Shown piece by piece: positions 40,213 to 54,844 of a stretch of DNA of 64,000 nt. Each line of letters opens with the position of its first letter. Within the stretch, counting starts at the first letter, position 1. The notes below the pieces were generated by a model that saw only the letters and a program-made list of their open reading frames with translations, was not told the DNA's origin and searched no databases. Both the position numbers and the translations under genes were made by a program. Origin of the DNA: Ylistrum balloti (Eukaryota); assembly GCF_031769215.1 (NCBI RefSeq), contig NW_026781959.1:62001-126000 (forward strand), in the 5' to 3' direction.

Positions 40213-40656
40213 AATTACTTTTGGGTGGATGTCTCACCTTGAATGCTGAATGTGTATTTATACACTTGACCAGGCAGGAGTTCAAAGCCTGATATACTCC
40301 TATCAGGTTTAGATAGAACTAAATGGGAAACAGGTCGCAGAATGGAAATTTAAACCGTTAACACACAATTACAATAAATAAGCTGAAAGAATCTGATAAG
40401 GAGCTGTTCCTTAGATTGAAGACCTTAATAGAGTTAAAAAAAACTATCTATGTAAACACATTTTATCTTCCACTTCCCCTCAAGTTTAATGGTCTGTATA
40501 GACAAACTGTAAAGATTTGTAAACTTTAGTAAAAACTAAGAGGTATTCATCATACAAACCAGTGTACCAGGAAGTACAAAATAATTCCGACCTTTATTTT
40601 CTTACCACTGTGAAATAATAGGGAGATACTACATCAGGCCGATGACTGAATTAGAT

Positions 40657-40953
40657 TGTATGAGGTGTAATGATATGTTTCGTGACAATATCTAGAACAT
40701 TTTTAAGTACTACTAAGTGTGTCGCTCTGTAAAAACTCCGTCAAGTGTCCCTGATGTATGAGGTGTAATGATATGTTTCCTGAGACAATATCTAGAACAT
40801 TTTTAAGTACTACTAAGTGTGTCGCTCTGTAAAAACTCCGTCAAGTGTCCCTGATGTATGAGGTGTAATGATATGTTTCGTGACAATATCTAGAACATTT
40901 TTAAGTACTACTAAGTGTGTCGCTCTGTAAAAACTCGGTCAAGTGTCCCTGAT
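40657..40953. repeat. 98-100 bp tandem repeat, 3 copies
   Basis: tgtatgaggtgtaatgatatgtttc...gtcaagtgtccctga at 40657, 40755 and 40855. Confidence 0.95.
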
Positions 40954-41693
40954 GCCGTCTGGCTATAACAGTATTCAACGCTAGTGATAACCATACATAT
41001 CTAGCAATAAGCTAATACCTGGAAACAAGCACACTCATAATATCATTGTTCTTAGCAATTGTAAATGTAATTTATTTCATTTTCCTACAATAAGCCCACC
41101 TGCTGACTTTCGGTAAGAATTGGTATGTTTGGCCCCCTGACCGATTTAATACAGTAAGGAAACCTTTGCTAAACTGAACATTTCTGACCATGTGACATGT
41201 GACATGGACAAACATTGTAGGATATCTACATCTAGGCAGCTATGGAACCACAATAGTGTCCTCAGAAACAGATGGAATGATTTCTTATGAAAATTTGTAT
41301 GGATACTGCCATCTTTGAAAGGACAGCAGATGTAAACAATTGGAAGGAAGAAACAGTGAAAGGAGTCTATGAAATAACCTTATGTGATGAAATCTCAAAC
41401 CTCATCTCCTCCATCAGCATTTTGTAAATCAATACAGGATTACCAGACAAATCTTTATAGACACTAGTCTTCTGGACTTGTCAACTAGACCTCTTTTATT
41501 GACAAAATCAGATCAGTTGTAAATTAGTTTTAAAAACACTTTCAGAGACACTAACTGAATCAACCTGCATCTTGCAACACCAGAACATGTCCTTACTGGA
41601 ATGGTAGGTGAAGATCTAGATAAAATACGATACATTTTGCCAGGTTTATAAAGAGACTGGCCTGAGAGATTAACCAGCCAGAAGGCAATTAAT

Positions 41694-43045
41694 GTAGAGC
41701 CTTTGTAGGATTGTCTGTAGAACCTGTGTGGGATTGTCTATGGAACCTGTGTGAGATTGTCTATAGAGCCTGTGTGTGGGATTGTCTATAGAGCCTGTGT
41801 GGGGGATTGTCTATAGAGCCTGTGTGGGGGATTGTCTATAGAGCCTGTGTCGGGGATTGTCTATAGAGCCAGTGTGGGGATTGTCTATAGAACCTGTTTG
41901 GATTGTCTACAGAGCCTGTGAGGGATTGTCTATAGAATCTGTGTGGGGGATTGTCTATAGAGCCTGTGAGGGATTGTCTATAGAGCCTGTGTGGGGGATT
42001 GTCTATAGAGCCTGTGTGTGGGATTGTCTATAGAGCCTGTGTGGGGGATTGTCTATAGAATTTGTGTGGAGGATTGTCTATAGAGCCTGTGTGGGGGATT
42101 GTCTATAGAGCCTGTGTCGGGGATTGTCTATAGAGCCAGTGTGGGGATTGTCTATAGAGCCTGTGTGTGGGATTGTCTATAGAGCCAGTGTGGGGATTGT
42201 CTATAGAGCCTGTGTGGGGGATTGTCTATAGAAACTGTCTGGATTGTCTATAGAGCCTGTGTGGGGGATTGTCTATAGAGCCTGTGTGGAGGGATTGTCT
42301 ATAGAGTCTGTGTGGGGGATTGTCTATAGAAACTGTTTGGATTGTCTATAGAACCTGTGTGGGGGATTGTTTATAGAGCCTGTGTGGGGGATTGTCTATA
42401 GAACCTGTGTGGGGGATTGTCTATAGAAACTGTTTGGATTGTCTATAGAACCTGTGTGGGGGATTGTCTATAGAACCTGTGTGGGGGATTGTCTATAGAA
42501 CCTGTGTGGGGGATTGTCTATAGAGCCAGTGTGGGGACTGTCTATAGAGCCTGTGTGTGGGATTGTCTATAGAGCCTGTGTGGGGGATTGTCTATAGAGC
42601 CTGTGAGGGGGATTGTCTATAGAGCCTGTGTGGGACTGTCTATAGAGCCTGTGTGGGGGATTGTCTATAGAGCCTGTGTGGGGGATTGTCTATAGAGCCT
42701 GTGTGGGGGATTGTCTATAGAACCTGTGTGGGGAATTGTCTATAGAGCCTGTGTGGGGGATTGTCTATAGAGCCTGTGTGGGGGATTGTCTATAGAGATT
42801 GTCTATAGAGCCTGTGGGGATTGTCTATAGAGCCTGTGTGGGGGATTGTCTATAGAGCCTGTGTGGGGGATTGTCTATAGAAACTGTTTGGATTGTCTAT
42901 AGAGCCTGTTTGGATTGTCTGTAGAGCCTGTGTGGGGGATTGTCTATAGAGCCTGTGTGTGGGATTGTCTATAGAGCCTGTGTGGGGGATTGTCTATAGA
43001 GCCTGTGGGGGTTTGTCTATAGAGCCTGTGTGGGGGATTGTCTAT
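41694..43045. repeat. Minisatellite, ~22-27 bp unit, roughly 55 copies
   Basis: Core ggattgtctatagagcctgt with a variable (gt)n/(g)n segment. Confidence 0.95.
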
Positions 43046-43421
43046 GTAAGGGTATCTTATGGAAAAGAAAGCAAGCCTAGGGTTCAACACATAGTAGCGA
43101 TTATATATTGGCTTGCAGATTTTTGGGGTTCCCAAAGTTTTTCTGGTAAATAAGCCTGACCCAGATTGAAGAAAATAAATAACAAACATATCTAGATTTT
43201 AAGATTCATCAAATGCAGGGAGTAAAATTTGTCTTGTGGCTTACTATTATTAATAAATGGTAGAAATTGACCATTATAAAACACTTTCATTTTATAATTC
43301 TGCATTTATATCAATATTCCAGACACATTTTGGCTTGGACCATCTGGTGATGGTAGTTATGTGCTGTACTATTAGTTGTGAACTGTGCAGAGAAAATGGT
43401 CTTATGATTTATACAACAATA

Positions 43422-45601
43422 CACTCTTTACCCTATAGTTTGATATTGTTATTATGGTATATAGGTGTCCACTCTTTACCCTATAGTTTGATGTTGTTGT
43501 GGTATATAGGTGTCCACTCTTTACCCTATAGTTTGATATTGTTGTTGTGGTATATAGGTGTCCACTCTATACCCTATAGTTTGATATTGTTATTATGGTA
43601 TATAGGTGTCCACTCTTTACCCTATAGTTTGATGTTGTTGTGGTATATAGGTGTCCACTCTTTACCCTATAGTTTGATATTGTTGTTGTGGTATATAGGT
43701 GTCCACTCTATACCCTATAGTTTGATATTGTTATTATGGTATATAGGTGTCCACTCTTTACCCTATAGTTTGATATTGTTGTTGTGGTATATAGGTGTCC
43801 ACGCTTTACCCTATAGTTTGATATTGTTATTATGGTATATAGGTGTCCACTCTTTACCCTATAGTTTGATATTGTTGTTGTGGTATATAGGTGTCCACGC
43901 TTTACCCTATAGTTTGATATTGTTGTTGTGGTATATAGGTGTCCACGCTTTACCCTATAGTTTGATATTGTTGTTGTGGTATATAGGTGTCCACGCTTTA
44001 CCCTATAGTTTGATATTGTTGTTGTGGTATATAGGTGTCCACGCTTTACCCTATAGTTTGATATTGTTGTTGTGGTATATAGGTGTCCACGCTTTACCCT
44101 ATAGTTTGATATTGTTGTTGTGGTATATAGGTGTCCACGCTTTACCCTATGGTTTGATATTGTTGTTGTGGTATATAGGTGTCCACGCTTTACCCTATGG
44201 TTTGATATTGTTGTTGTGGTATATAGGTGTCCACGCTTTACCCTATGGTTTGATATTGTTGTTGTGGTATATAGGTGTCCACGCTTTACCCTATGGTTTG
44301 ATATTGTTGTTGTGGTATATAGGTGTCCACGTTTTACCCTATGGTTTGATATTGTTGTTGTGGTATATAGGTGTCCACGCTTTACCCTATGGTTTGATAT
44401 TGTTGTTGTGGTATATAGGTGTCCACGCTTTACCCTATAGTTTGATATTGTTGTTGTGGTATATAGGTGTCCACGCTTTACCCTATAGTTTTATATTGTT
44501 GTTGTGGTATATAGGTGTCCACTCTTTACCCAATAGTTTGATATTGTTGTTGTGGTATATAGGTGTCCACGCTTTGCCCTATAGTTTGATATTGTTGTTG
44601 TGGTATATAGGTGTCCACGCTTTGCCCTATAGTTTGATATTGTTGTTGTGGTATATAGGTGTCCACGCTTTGCCCTATAGTTTGATATTGTTGTTGTGGT
44701 ATATAGGTGTCCACGCTTTACCCTATAGTTTGATATTGTTGTTGTGGTATATAGGTGTCCACGCTTTACCCTATAGTTTGATATTGTTGTTGTGGTATAT
44801 AGGTGTCCACACTTTACCCTATAGTTTGATATTGTTGTTGTGGTATATAGGTGTCCACGCTTTACCCTATAGTTTGATATTGTTGTTGTGGTATATAGGT
44901 GTCCACGCTTTACCCTATAGTTTGATATTGTTGTTGTGGTATATAGGTGTCCACTCTTTACCCTATAGTTTGATATTGTTGTTGTGGTATATAGGTGTCC
45001 ACGCTTTACCCTATAGTTTGATATTGTTGTTGTGGTATATAGGTGTCCACGCTTTACCCTATAGTTTGATATTGTTGTTGTGGTATATAGGTGTCCACGC
45101 TTTACCCTATAGTTTGATATTGTTGTTGTGGTATATAGGTGTCCACGCTTTACCCTATAGTTTGATATTGTTGTTGTGGTATATAGGTGTCCACGCTTTA
45201 CCCTATAGTTTGATATTGTTGTTGTGGTATATAGGTGTCCACGCTTTACCCTATAGTTTGATATTGTTGTTGTGGTATATAGGTGTCCACGCTTTACCCT
45301 ATAGTTTGATATTGTTGTTGTGGTATATAGGTGTCCACGCTTTACCCTATAGTTTGATATTGTTGTTGTGGTATATAGGTGTCCACGCTTTACCCTATAG
45401 TTTGATATTGTTGTTGTGGTATATAGGTGTCCACGCTTTACCCTATAGTTTGATATTGTTGTTGTGGTATATTGGTGTCCACGCTTTACCCTATAGTTTG
45501 ATATTGTTGTTGTGGTATATAGGTGTCCACGCTTTACCCTATAGTTTGATATTGTTGTTGTGGTATATAGGTGTCCACTCTTTACCCTATAGTTTGATAT
45601 T
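43422..45601. repeat. 48-bp minisatellite, ~45 copies
   Basis: Unit cacgctttaccctatagtttgatattgttgttgtggtatataggtgtc; some 45-bp units near the 5' end. Confidence 0.95.
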
Positions 45602-48295
45602 GCTGATGACCTTTTATAACTACAAATCTTTAGTTTTGATCTCCAGAATTTTCTCTACCCTTGCTCCTTTAGCTCCCCCAGTTCTCAGTCTCTTGATCTC
45701 CACTCTTTCTTCTCTCTTGGTCAGTCTCCTTCGATATCTGTGTCTTTCTCTTACAATGGTTTACTTATTGGTTATGGATTTCTCATCAACATGACTAAAT
45801 CTGTGGTTACGTGGAATCTCGCCAATGGATGTCATGGTTCTGACGATATCACAGTCCTCACAGGTACCGTTAACTATGCCAAACTTTGCGGAAGTCACCC
45901 CCATCTTCCTATCTTCAATACTACAATATCTACATAATTGTTCTATAAACAAAACCATATACGAAAGATCGATAACTTGATAAAGAATGATGTCATTATC
46001 TGGTTTATTCAATGGTAAAAATAACTTTTACCAATGCAATTTCACAAAATCATAATATTGAGGTGTAATTATATCAGGAGATTACAATTAAATCATAAAT
46101 TTTCATGGGGCTCAAATTTTTGTGGTATCCAGAATTATATGTTAAATCTTGATCTGCTGGTACTAGTAATTTATATATACATTATTGTCTAAAAGATTAT
46201 CACCTATTGGAAATAGCAAAATAAACTCAGAATACAAAAAATAGAACACAATGTTTCTTCATTTGGTGAATTGCCCAGCCTTGCTAATCCCTGTGGAGTA
46301 CTCCCCAGCTGACCATTATCCTACAGGAGGAGAGAGCTGACACAGTATGGCATTTCCTACATATTCAACCTAAATCATTTGAACACTTGATTATTTATAT
46401 TACCCATCAAACAGATTTATATTACTACAAAATTATAAGAAACAAAAAATACGCCCTTATACGGTTCTGTCATCAATGTTTAACATAAAATAAAATCTGA
46501 CTTAATTGACCACCGACTAAATCAACATCCTGTTACATCCGACAATATTTCACGGTTCGAAACTTAATCACTGTTTTCTTATGTTAAGTAACATCGACAT
46601 ACCGGAAGCATACTTATGAAGTCATACCTATTGTCATTGATTTTTTTTTCATTTATCATTTTAACCAACATTTATCACTTGAAAAATATCCTAAGTGAAT
46701 GTCCATATTTGTTTGATATACATGGCTATTTCACGTGACCTGTATCCTTTTGGAACTAGTGTGTCTAAGCTTGTGCAGTAGCAGTGGGGTACCCGAAGGG
46801 TAAACAAAATCTTTGTCCTTTACAAAATATACCCAACTGCGCATGTACGTTGCTTTTTTTACTACATCCTGTGAAAGACTACTCCATGTATGGATATACT
46901 GTATTTACATTTGAGAGATTTTGATCAGCAAAGAGGTAAGATACAAACCACCACCCATTTACACTATACATCGACAAGTTTGTGTTGGAACATACAACCG
47001 ATATCTTAATGCAAAAGATATACTTAAGTTTTGCTTCACAGTGTGCACTGCTCTGTAAATCTTAAGATCTATATTCTGTAGGAAGTCGTTGAGCTCAGAT
47101 ATTGTGTCTATCCTAAACATGGTAGATGAAAAGACCCTGTGATATAACAGATATTGTGTCTATCCTAAACATTGTAGATGAAAAGACCCTTTGATATAAC
47201 AAAAAAGGGCCCTTTATAGACAGGATATATTCCGTCTGTTACTAGTAATAATACCAGACCTTCCTAGCTGTCCTTAATGGAATACGTAATACTGGAGCGT
47301 ACCAGTAAAGGTAAAATTAGAGGCTATATTTTATCAGCATTTGTTCACAAAGTGACTCTGGTGAGGTAACATTGTTTGTTATGTCAAAGTCAACAGTCTT
47401 ACACTGAAGTACCTGAATGTATGCATTGTTATATACATACACTATATATGTTATATTAAGCCTCTATCACAAAGAGTAGGGCCAAAAGCCACTCCATTCA
47501 ATAACCTTGAGCATGACATATGGGAGGGTTCCAAAAACACTTTGAGACACCCCAAGGTCTGCTGCAGCCCAACCCATGTCACACAATTAAAGCCAGTTTG
47601 CACAATTCTGGTGCCTCTGGTTTTTCATACTGTCATTTAACAGTTGTCTGGCCCATCTTTGTGCTGTGTAATAACAAAAACAATAGACAATATGTTCTTA
47701 TAAAGTTCCTTCCCGAACCCCCTTCAATTAGTTTTCAGGGGATATAAAAAGAAAATGAAAAAACGGAAATTCACACAAATTTGGTCAATAGGGTATTTCA
47801 TTTCTGTGAATATTCTCAGAAAAGCAGAATCTGGCTCATGATATGCATTTGACAAAAAAGCTTGCAATTTCACAAATATGATTTTTGTTTTACACCAACC
47901 ATAGAAACAACACTGAGCTGATGTCCCAGCTACTTCTGATGGTCAAGTATTCTATTTTGATCTTTACAGAAAGATATATCTATATATAGAGAAATTGTTT
48001 GACTATATAAATATATCAACACTGGGGATGGAGGCACAACGTCCCACAATCAATGATATTGGTAAATTCTTACAGGAGCTGCCATGGATACAAAAAGTAT
48101 AAATATATATCGAGCATTTAAGTAAATTTGTCTCAGGATACTGGTACATCTGGGGATTGTCAGCAAAGAAAACAAAAGGAAAAACAACACAGACTTTGAA
48201 TTTTTTTGTCAAAATATTAAAAAAAAAATAAAATGTGTTTATGAGACACTATGCCCCCATACTCTAAAGTGGGACATTAAAACAAACTGTACTTT

Positions 48296-51200
48296 GTAAG
48301 GCATTAGCTTCCAACAATTAGAAACTAAACGGAAAAGATCAAAAGCTAACTGGTATGAAAATGGGGAAAAAAGCAACAAAATATTTTTGTAATTTAGAAA
48401 AAAGAAATTATGCTGACAAAACTATAAGTGAATTAATTAATGATAACGGGGATATTTTGAAGGAACAGAATGATGTTATGCAAGAGGAGGTCAGTTTTTT
48501 CCAACAAAGTATTCTTTGTCACAATTAGATTTGGAGGATCTAGAAGAATCGTTCTCTTTTGAGCATCAGGTTAAATTAGATAATTCAGACAGATTAAATT
48601 GTGAAGGAATTCTGAAATTATAGGAAATGGTCGAAGCTTTTGAAAATTATGAAAAATGGGAAAAGTCCTGGTTCCGATGGATTTAGCGTTGATTTTTATA
48701 AAAAAATTTGGGCAGATTTAGGTGTGTTTTTACTGAAATCTATAAATTATGCATACAGGGTGGGACAACTTTCAGAATTTCAGACTCGGGGCATCATAAC
48801 AGGTATTCCAAAAGGAGAAAAAGATTGTAGATATTTGAAAAACTGGAGACCTGTTTCTTTATTAAGTATTGACTATAAAATTGCTTCAGCTGCTATAGCT
48901 AATAGACTGAAAGTTGTTTTACCAAAAATCATAAGTGATTCTCAAACAGGCTTTTTCAAAGGTAGGTTTATTGGTGACAACACAAGACTGTTTTATACAA
49001 AAACACTTAAGCATGACTGCAGTTAACAATTTATTGATGATTGTAAACGTGTTGTTATATGTACATGGAAAACATAATTTTTTTTGGAGCAAACAGGGGC
49101 AACTCGCTCATGAGCACCTAATAAAACTAAGATATCAAGCTTGACTCTGTGACGTCAGAGAAGCACAGTGAAGAAGGCAATCGGCCAGACTCCATATAAG
49201 AGAAGTACTTGACTCTGAAGAGACTCGGCTCAACGAGAAGTGACTTGACTCTGTGACTTACTATGTATACAGAGTAGCTGCCTTCAAAAAGTAAGTGAAC
49301 GAGCTTGACTCTGTGACATCAGAGAAGCACAGTGAAGAAGGCAATTGGCCAGACTCCATATAAGAGAAGTACTTGACTCTGAAGAGACTCGGCTCAAAGA
49401 GAAGTGACTTGACTCTGTGACTTACTACGTATACGGAGTAGCTGCCTTCAAACACAGGACAAACTTGACTCCTAGGGTAACCAATGAGGAGACCCTGGAC
49501 TCTGTAATGATTCAGAGAAGTGACTTGACTCACATAAGGTCCTTGGAGAAGCTAGACTAAAGTTCTAAAGATAACTAATCATATGAAGTGATTGGGGGGA
49601 AAAATTCCCCAAGAATTAATGAGCCAAAAATGAGCGAGTAATTCAGTGATATGAGCGAGTATTGCATTTATGAGAAGAAAATGATGAATCAGTTTGTTAG
49701 ACTTTGAAAAATCATTTGATTCTATCAATTAAAATTTTATACAAACATTCAAAAAGTTGCATAATAAACAATGGCCATCTCTCTAATTTCTTCAGTTTAG
49801 GGCGTGGTTGTCGTCAAGGTGACCCACTCTCACCATATATTTTTATAATAGTGGTAGAACTTTTACCAATAGCGATTAAAGCTAACAAGGATGTTAAAGG
49901 TATTATTATTAATAACAGGGATCTATGTTTGAGTTAGTATGCTGATGGTGCTTATTTACTAATGGATGGTTCTGAAAATCCCTCAGATCAGTCGTTAATT
50001 TGTTAAAACAATTTGCTATCATTTCAGGGTTAAAAATAAATTTACAGAAATCAAGTTTATATGGGATTGGAAATAAAACATTTTCAGAGGAACGTATATG
50101 TCCGGAGCTGAATCTATTTAAATATTTAGACATCTTTTAGTTTTAAGAATCAATAGTTCATCATTTACACAATATTTCTCTATCATAGTACACAAATTCA
50201 TTATTTAACACCGCACAAGTATATATCTATAAATACGTGATGAGGCCGCCCGATCAGCTGATCGAAAGAGCGGGAAAACGATGAAAATGACATGCCATTT
50301 TCTCCACGTTGATAATGCTAGTGCGTGTTGTTGAATGTGAATGTGCATCCATGGAAGGATTAGTTAGATAGAACCCTGATGACATGTTTGACTGAAAGGC
50401 TGCAGCGGAATAATTGATACTGAGGTTAGGCTGTGTATTTTCTTAGGGCATCGGTACACCATCAGCCCCTCGTCATCGGACATAGCGCCAGCCTCAGTCA
50501 TGGTGTCGGTGTGTTGCAGACGACAAAATTCCTATCTCACGCGCTTAATTCTAACAAGATTTTATTTTTTTGTTAATTCCATATATTTTAAAGATATTTT
50601 TGTAAGGATTGGCATCATTTTTCTTCTTATTTCTGAACGACATCTACTATAATCTCGTTTTGTAGCGTTCCCCACCTGGACAAGTAGTTCTTACATTTTA
50701 TTTGATATCTATGCGCAAGCCTAATCACCGTACGTAAATATCGAAAATTATTAACATTGGGTTGGGCTTACTTCATGGTGAGAGAATGCAACGCAAGTGT
50801 AAATATATCTCATTGGTTGGTAGAATCACAGTTGTAAAAAACATTAGTTTCTAAGTTTGTGCATTTATTCACATCATGGCCAAATCCACCAAAACAATTT
50901 CTAGACAAATTAAATAAACATATTTTCCACTTCATCTGGAATTTTAAGACAGAGAAGATTAAAAGGGATATATTTGTAGGTAAAAAAGAAGAAGGTGATC
51001 TTAGTGTAACACATATATACTCATTTAATAAATACTTATAAATGAAATGGATAAAGAAAATTTATAATGAGTGTAGTGCTTCTTGGAAATCAATACAAAA
51101 CATTCTTCCAGTTAACCCTGATATTTTGTTTGATCTTGATAGTGCAAAGTTAATAGAATTAGCAAGACGTGTAAAAAACTGCTTTTGGAAAGATGTAATT

Positions 51201-52613
51201 AAGGCTCTAGCAGAATTACAGTCAGAACCAAATCTCTTGATGAGTATCTTGGGAAAGTATCTTAAATTTGTCAACATTTGAATCTTTTAGACATTTCACA
51301 CAATGGAAACAACATGGATTAGTGTAAAAATTTTATTGAAATCCAAGGAACACCTGGTTTACACTATTTAAAGTATTATGCACTAGTCAGAAAAGTAGAT
51401 AGAAAATGGAAACAAGAATATAGGGAAGAACTTCTCAATAGAATAAATGTTAGACCATTAAAAAGAAGACATACTTTCAATGATGTTGTCAAAATCCAAT
51501 TCCAAATTTTCATATTCCATGTTTACTGCCAAATACGTTCAAACACCAATTAAAAGCCAAGACAAATGGCAATCAGTATTAAACTTGCAAACCTCTCCCA
51601 TGGATTGGAGTAGTTTATACAAAAATGTATTCAATTAAACACAGGAGACAAAATTAAAAACATTTCGGTATAAGATATGTCACAGGATCCTACCTACCAT
51701 TGATTCATTGTACAAAATGCAGATTGTTCCCAATAACAAATGTACTTTCTGTCAAAGACCACCTGAAACAGTGGAACACATCTTTTCTAAATGTTTTATT
51801 CAGTACAAATTTTTGAGGAGCTTTACCACTGGTATTCACACTATGAACCAATTGACCAATATTATTTGAGAGAAGTTGACGTCTTGTTTGGCAATCAACG
51901 GTTCAGTAAGCTTTTAAACCACTTTCTCCTCCTCACAAAACATCACATATACTACAGTCAAGTTAATCATATAATACCAAACTTTTTGGCATGTAAAGCT
52001 ATTTTCAAAAAAGTAATGACTGTTGAAAAACTTATTGCCTCAAAGAACAACACTTTGTTGGATTTTGAGCAAAAATGGGGAATTTTTTCGGGTCTTCTTT
52101 GAGATAATTTATTTTCGTTTTCATCTACCGATATCAAAGTTCTTCAGTTTTTTGTTTTTGAGGGGTCATCATTAAGGCAATAAAATGGACTTATGTCCCT
52201 TAAAAGTCCTCTTTAATCAAAAGAAATAGAAACCCCAACCTTTCCCCTAAAGACCTCCATCAGTCCAAAGGTCCTTGTTTGTTATTGCAAGATATTCAGT
52301 ATGTGTTATGTGTGAAAGGTGTGTGAAAATTTTGATCAACTTGTATAAAACAAAACTATACAATGACCTGTTTGAAAGTGGTGTGAAGAAGTTGTGAAAA
52401 AAGACTGGAGATATTTGGAAAAAAGACTATGGGGGAATAGACTATGTAAATATTTATATTTTGTACATATGAATGGTGTATGGTGTGTGGTGTACGAGAA
52501 CCCTTCTGTGGAGAGGGCATTATTTGTACGGGACTGATCCCAGGGCCCCAACCCTGGCAGTCTCAATTATCGCTGGAATAATAAAATATTTGTGTAAAAA
52601 AAAAAAAAAAAAA
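48296..52613 (+). mobile_element. 5'-truncated, decayed L1/Tx1-clade LINE with two nested insertions
   Basis: RSKANWYENGEK..KYFCNLEK; KSPGSDGF; NWRPVSLLSIDYKI; DFEKSFDS; [14 protein letters not shown]; S*YADG; FKYLDI; C-terminal CTFCQRPPETVEHIFSKC; aataaa plus poly(A) at ~52580-52613. Interrupted at ~49005-49655 and ~50138-50828. Confidence 0.88.
49141..49452. repeat. 164-bp-period duplication inside the first insertion in the LINE
   Basis: ttgactctgtgac...gtagctgccttcaaa at 49141 and 49305, with internal gacttgactctg sub-repeats. Confidence 0.85.
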
Positions 52614-54844
52614 TTGACAACCAACAAACAGACAGACGAACAGACAGCACAAAAACAATAAGACCCTGATCTTTTGTCCTGGGGCATAAAAATTAGGGAT
52701 GGAATGAAAAATGTAGGGATGATTTGGAAACTGGAAAGAAAGATAATTTTTTGTTTGGCTATAGCAAAACATGAGAAGTATATGTTCAACAGGGCTCAGT
52801 AAAAGGTTCACACTTTAAAGGTATAGAAAACTAAAGAAGGAATGTCGCAATGACCATCTCTGTGTTATTCTGTTGTGCTGCCCATATGTTTATCTCAACC
52901 GCAGTCTGTCAATCCATTTCTATGTTTACTTAAGTCTGTCCTTTTCTATTCTGAATGGAGTATGTCTGTTTCTAGTAGTAGTCTTGTCTGTCCATTACTG
53001 TCAATTTTGTCTAAAGTCTGTATTCATTTTTCATTATCTTGACTAAATACAGTCAATTTGTTTCATCTTTAATTATTTCTGTATTCTTTTCTTCCAATGA
53101 TGACAACAGTCAATTTTAAATGATGGATATGTGAGTGATATATAGTCTCAGTGATCTCCAAGTACAGATCACAGTTTGTAAATTTTTTACTTTCATGGTT
53201 TTAGAAACTTATTTCTGATAAACAATGACACTTCATAACAGGAAACACAAGAGTTATATCCCTTATTTGAACTCTTACTCTATAATGCTGGTGTATTTCG
53301 CCATATTGCGAACTGTGTCTCATGCTCGCCTGGGTATATCTGATTACAAGTGCAGAGTGTGCCACTGAGTAAACATTTAAGTACGTGTGTACAGCCGATG
53401 TCACTTAAGTTCAGTTAGTTCATGTCAGTACTGTCATTGTAGAAGGAACAGGGTTCTGTAACAAGTTAAATGATATTGTATAACAGTATTTAAACCAGCT
53501 ATTACATACTGGATACGGGAAGAACGTAAAGAATGAAGCCAATTTTTTTTAAAATTTTTTCAGTGTTAATAGATATATACTAAGGGGGAAAAGAAACACA
53601 ACTTCAACTTCACACATTAAGAAGATGATATATTGATGAGTAATATGTGAAATGCACAAGTTAACTTTGAATATTAGACCTGCTGTCTTCAAATTTTCTG
53701 AGGTTTTTGATAAATCAGGACTTCATTAGAATCCATGAATTAGGAAACCCTTATTACACAATGTTGAAATGATGGCAGGTGTCAGACCAATCCCTGATAG
53801 TGTGTGTGCCTTCCCATTTACAGCTAAAGCTTCTCTAATTCTGCATGGCATAGAGTTCATAAGGACATTGGCTGTCTAGAGGAACCCTTAGAGGAATGTT
53901 ATTTTCATGTATTTCATTCCTAATTAACTCTTGTAACATTTGTTAGAATCGTTAGTTTAAGGTGATAGTTTGATGGTATACATATATTGACCCTTTGCTG
54001 ACCCCCAAGGGGCTGATGGGCATGGCCAAGATGGATGTAATTGCTTGAAATTTCAAAAATATTTTTTTCGATACCTAGATAAGGAAGGATAAAATACTTT
54101 TCATGGATGGAAGGGTCTTAAGGTGTTTTACCAAAATTGTATATTTCATAACCCCTGGGTCTCATATTTCCCCCCTGGGATGGGGGTAGAGTTTACAGTA
54201 GTCTACGTCGGAAAATTACATTTTTGAGCATAATTTGTTTATTTTCTGTAAGAAGTAGCTCTATTTTGATGGTGTGATATTTTGATGGTACACACATACT
54301 GTCTGCCCCCCATGGGCTGATGTGTGGAGCCAAAAGGGGTCATATTCTCTCAAATTTCAAAGATTGTCTCAATACCCAAGTATGAGAGAATTTATTAAAT
54401 ACAGTTCCTTGATGGAAGAGTTATATAGGAAAATACATTTTTGAGTGAAATTTCTTTTAATTCAAATGTAGTTAAAAGCCTCCAGTTCAAATAATTTTCA
54501 CATGTTTCACACTCCTCAATCTCTATTCGACTACTGTACACACACTTCAGCCATACAGTGTCTATATACATATATATTGTTATTTGGAAATGGAAAAGGG
54601 GTGATTATGATAAGACTCCACAAAATGGGTTTGTAACCCAGAGAAAATCCCAAAACAATGTAATACATTGGTACTCCATCTAATGACGTCAGCTATAGGT
54701 AAGTGGGTCGGTGGAAAATTCAGATCATTTGTGTAAATATTGTTTGGCTAGGAAACAAAGTGACAATGCACAGGATAAATATAAATCTTTGACATATTCC
54801 ATTGTCTACAGCTTAATACTTTTTTTTCAGACTGACCCTTCATC

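Noticed and set aside
37072-45601. Possible CRISPR arrays
   Set aside because: The repeats are contiguous with no unique spacers, there are no cas genes, and the DNA is eukaryotic with spliceosomal introns.
43257-45794. 845-aa hydrophobic ORF (HALPYSLILLLWYIGV)n
   Set aside because: Expected by-product of a 48-bp unit with no stop in one frame; no unique domain at either end.
45761-46012. Minus-strand ORF with CxxC pairs, possible LINE ORF1/PHD relic
   Set aside because: Too short, stops in all downstream frames, and no linked ORF2.
49168-49190. gtgaagaaggc-aatcg-gcc resembling a hammerhead core plus stem II (two copies)
   Set aside because: C3 and the GAAA core are missing, and no stem III or cleavage triplet is present.
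50237-50280. Hammerhead-like gtgatgag...gaaa
   Set aside because: Core starts GUGA rather than CUGA, there is no G-C closing pair before GAAA, and no stem I or III.
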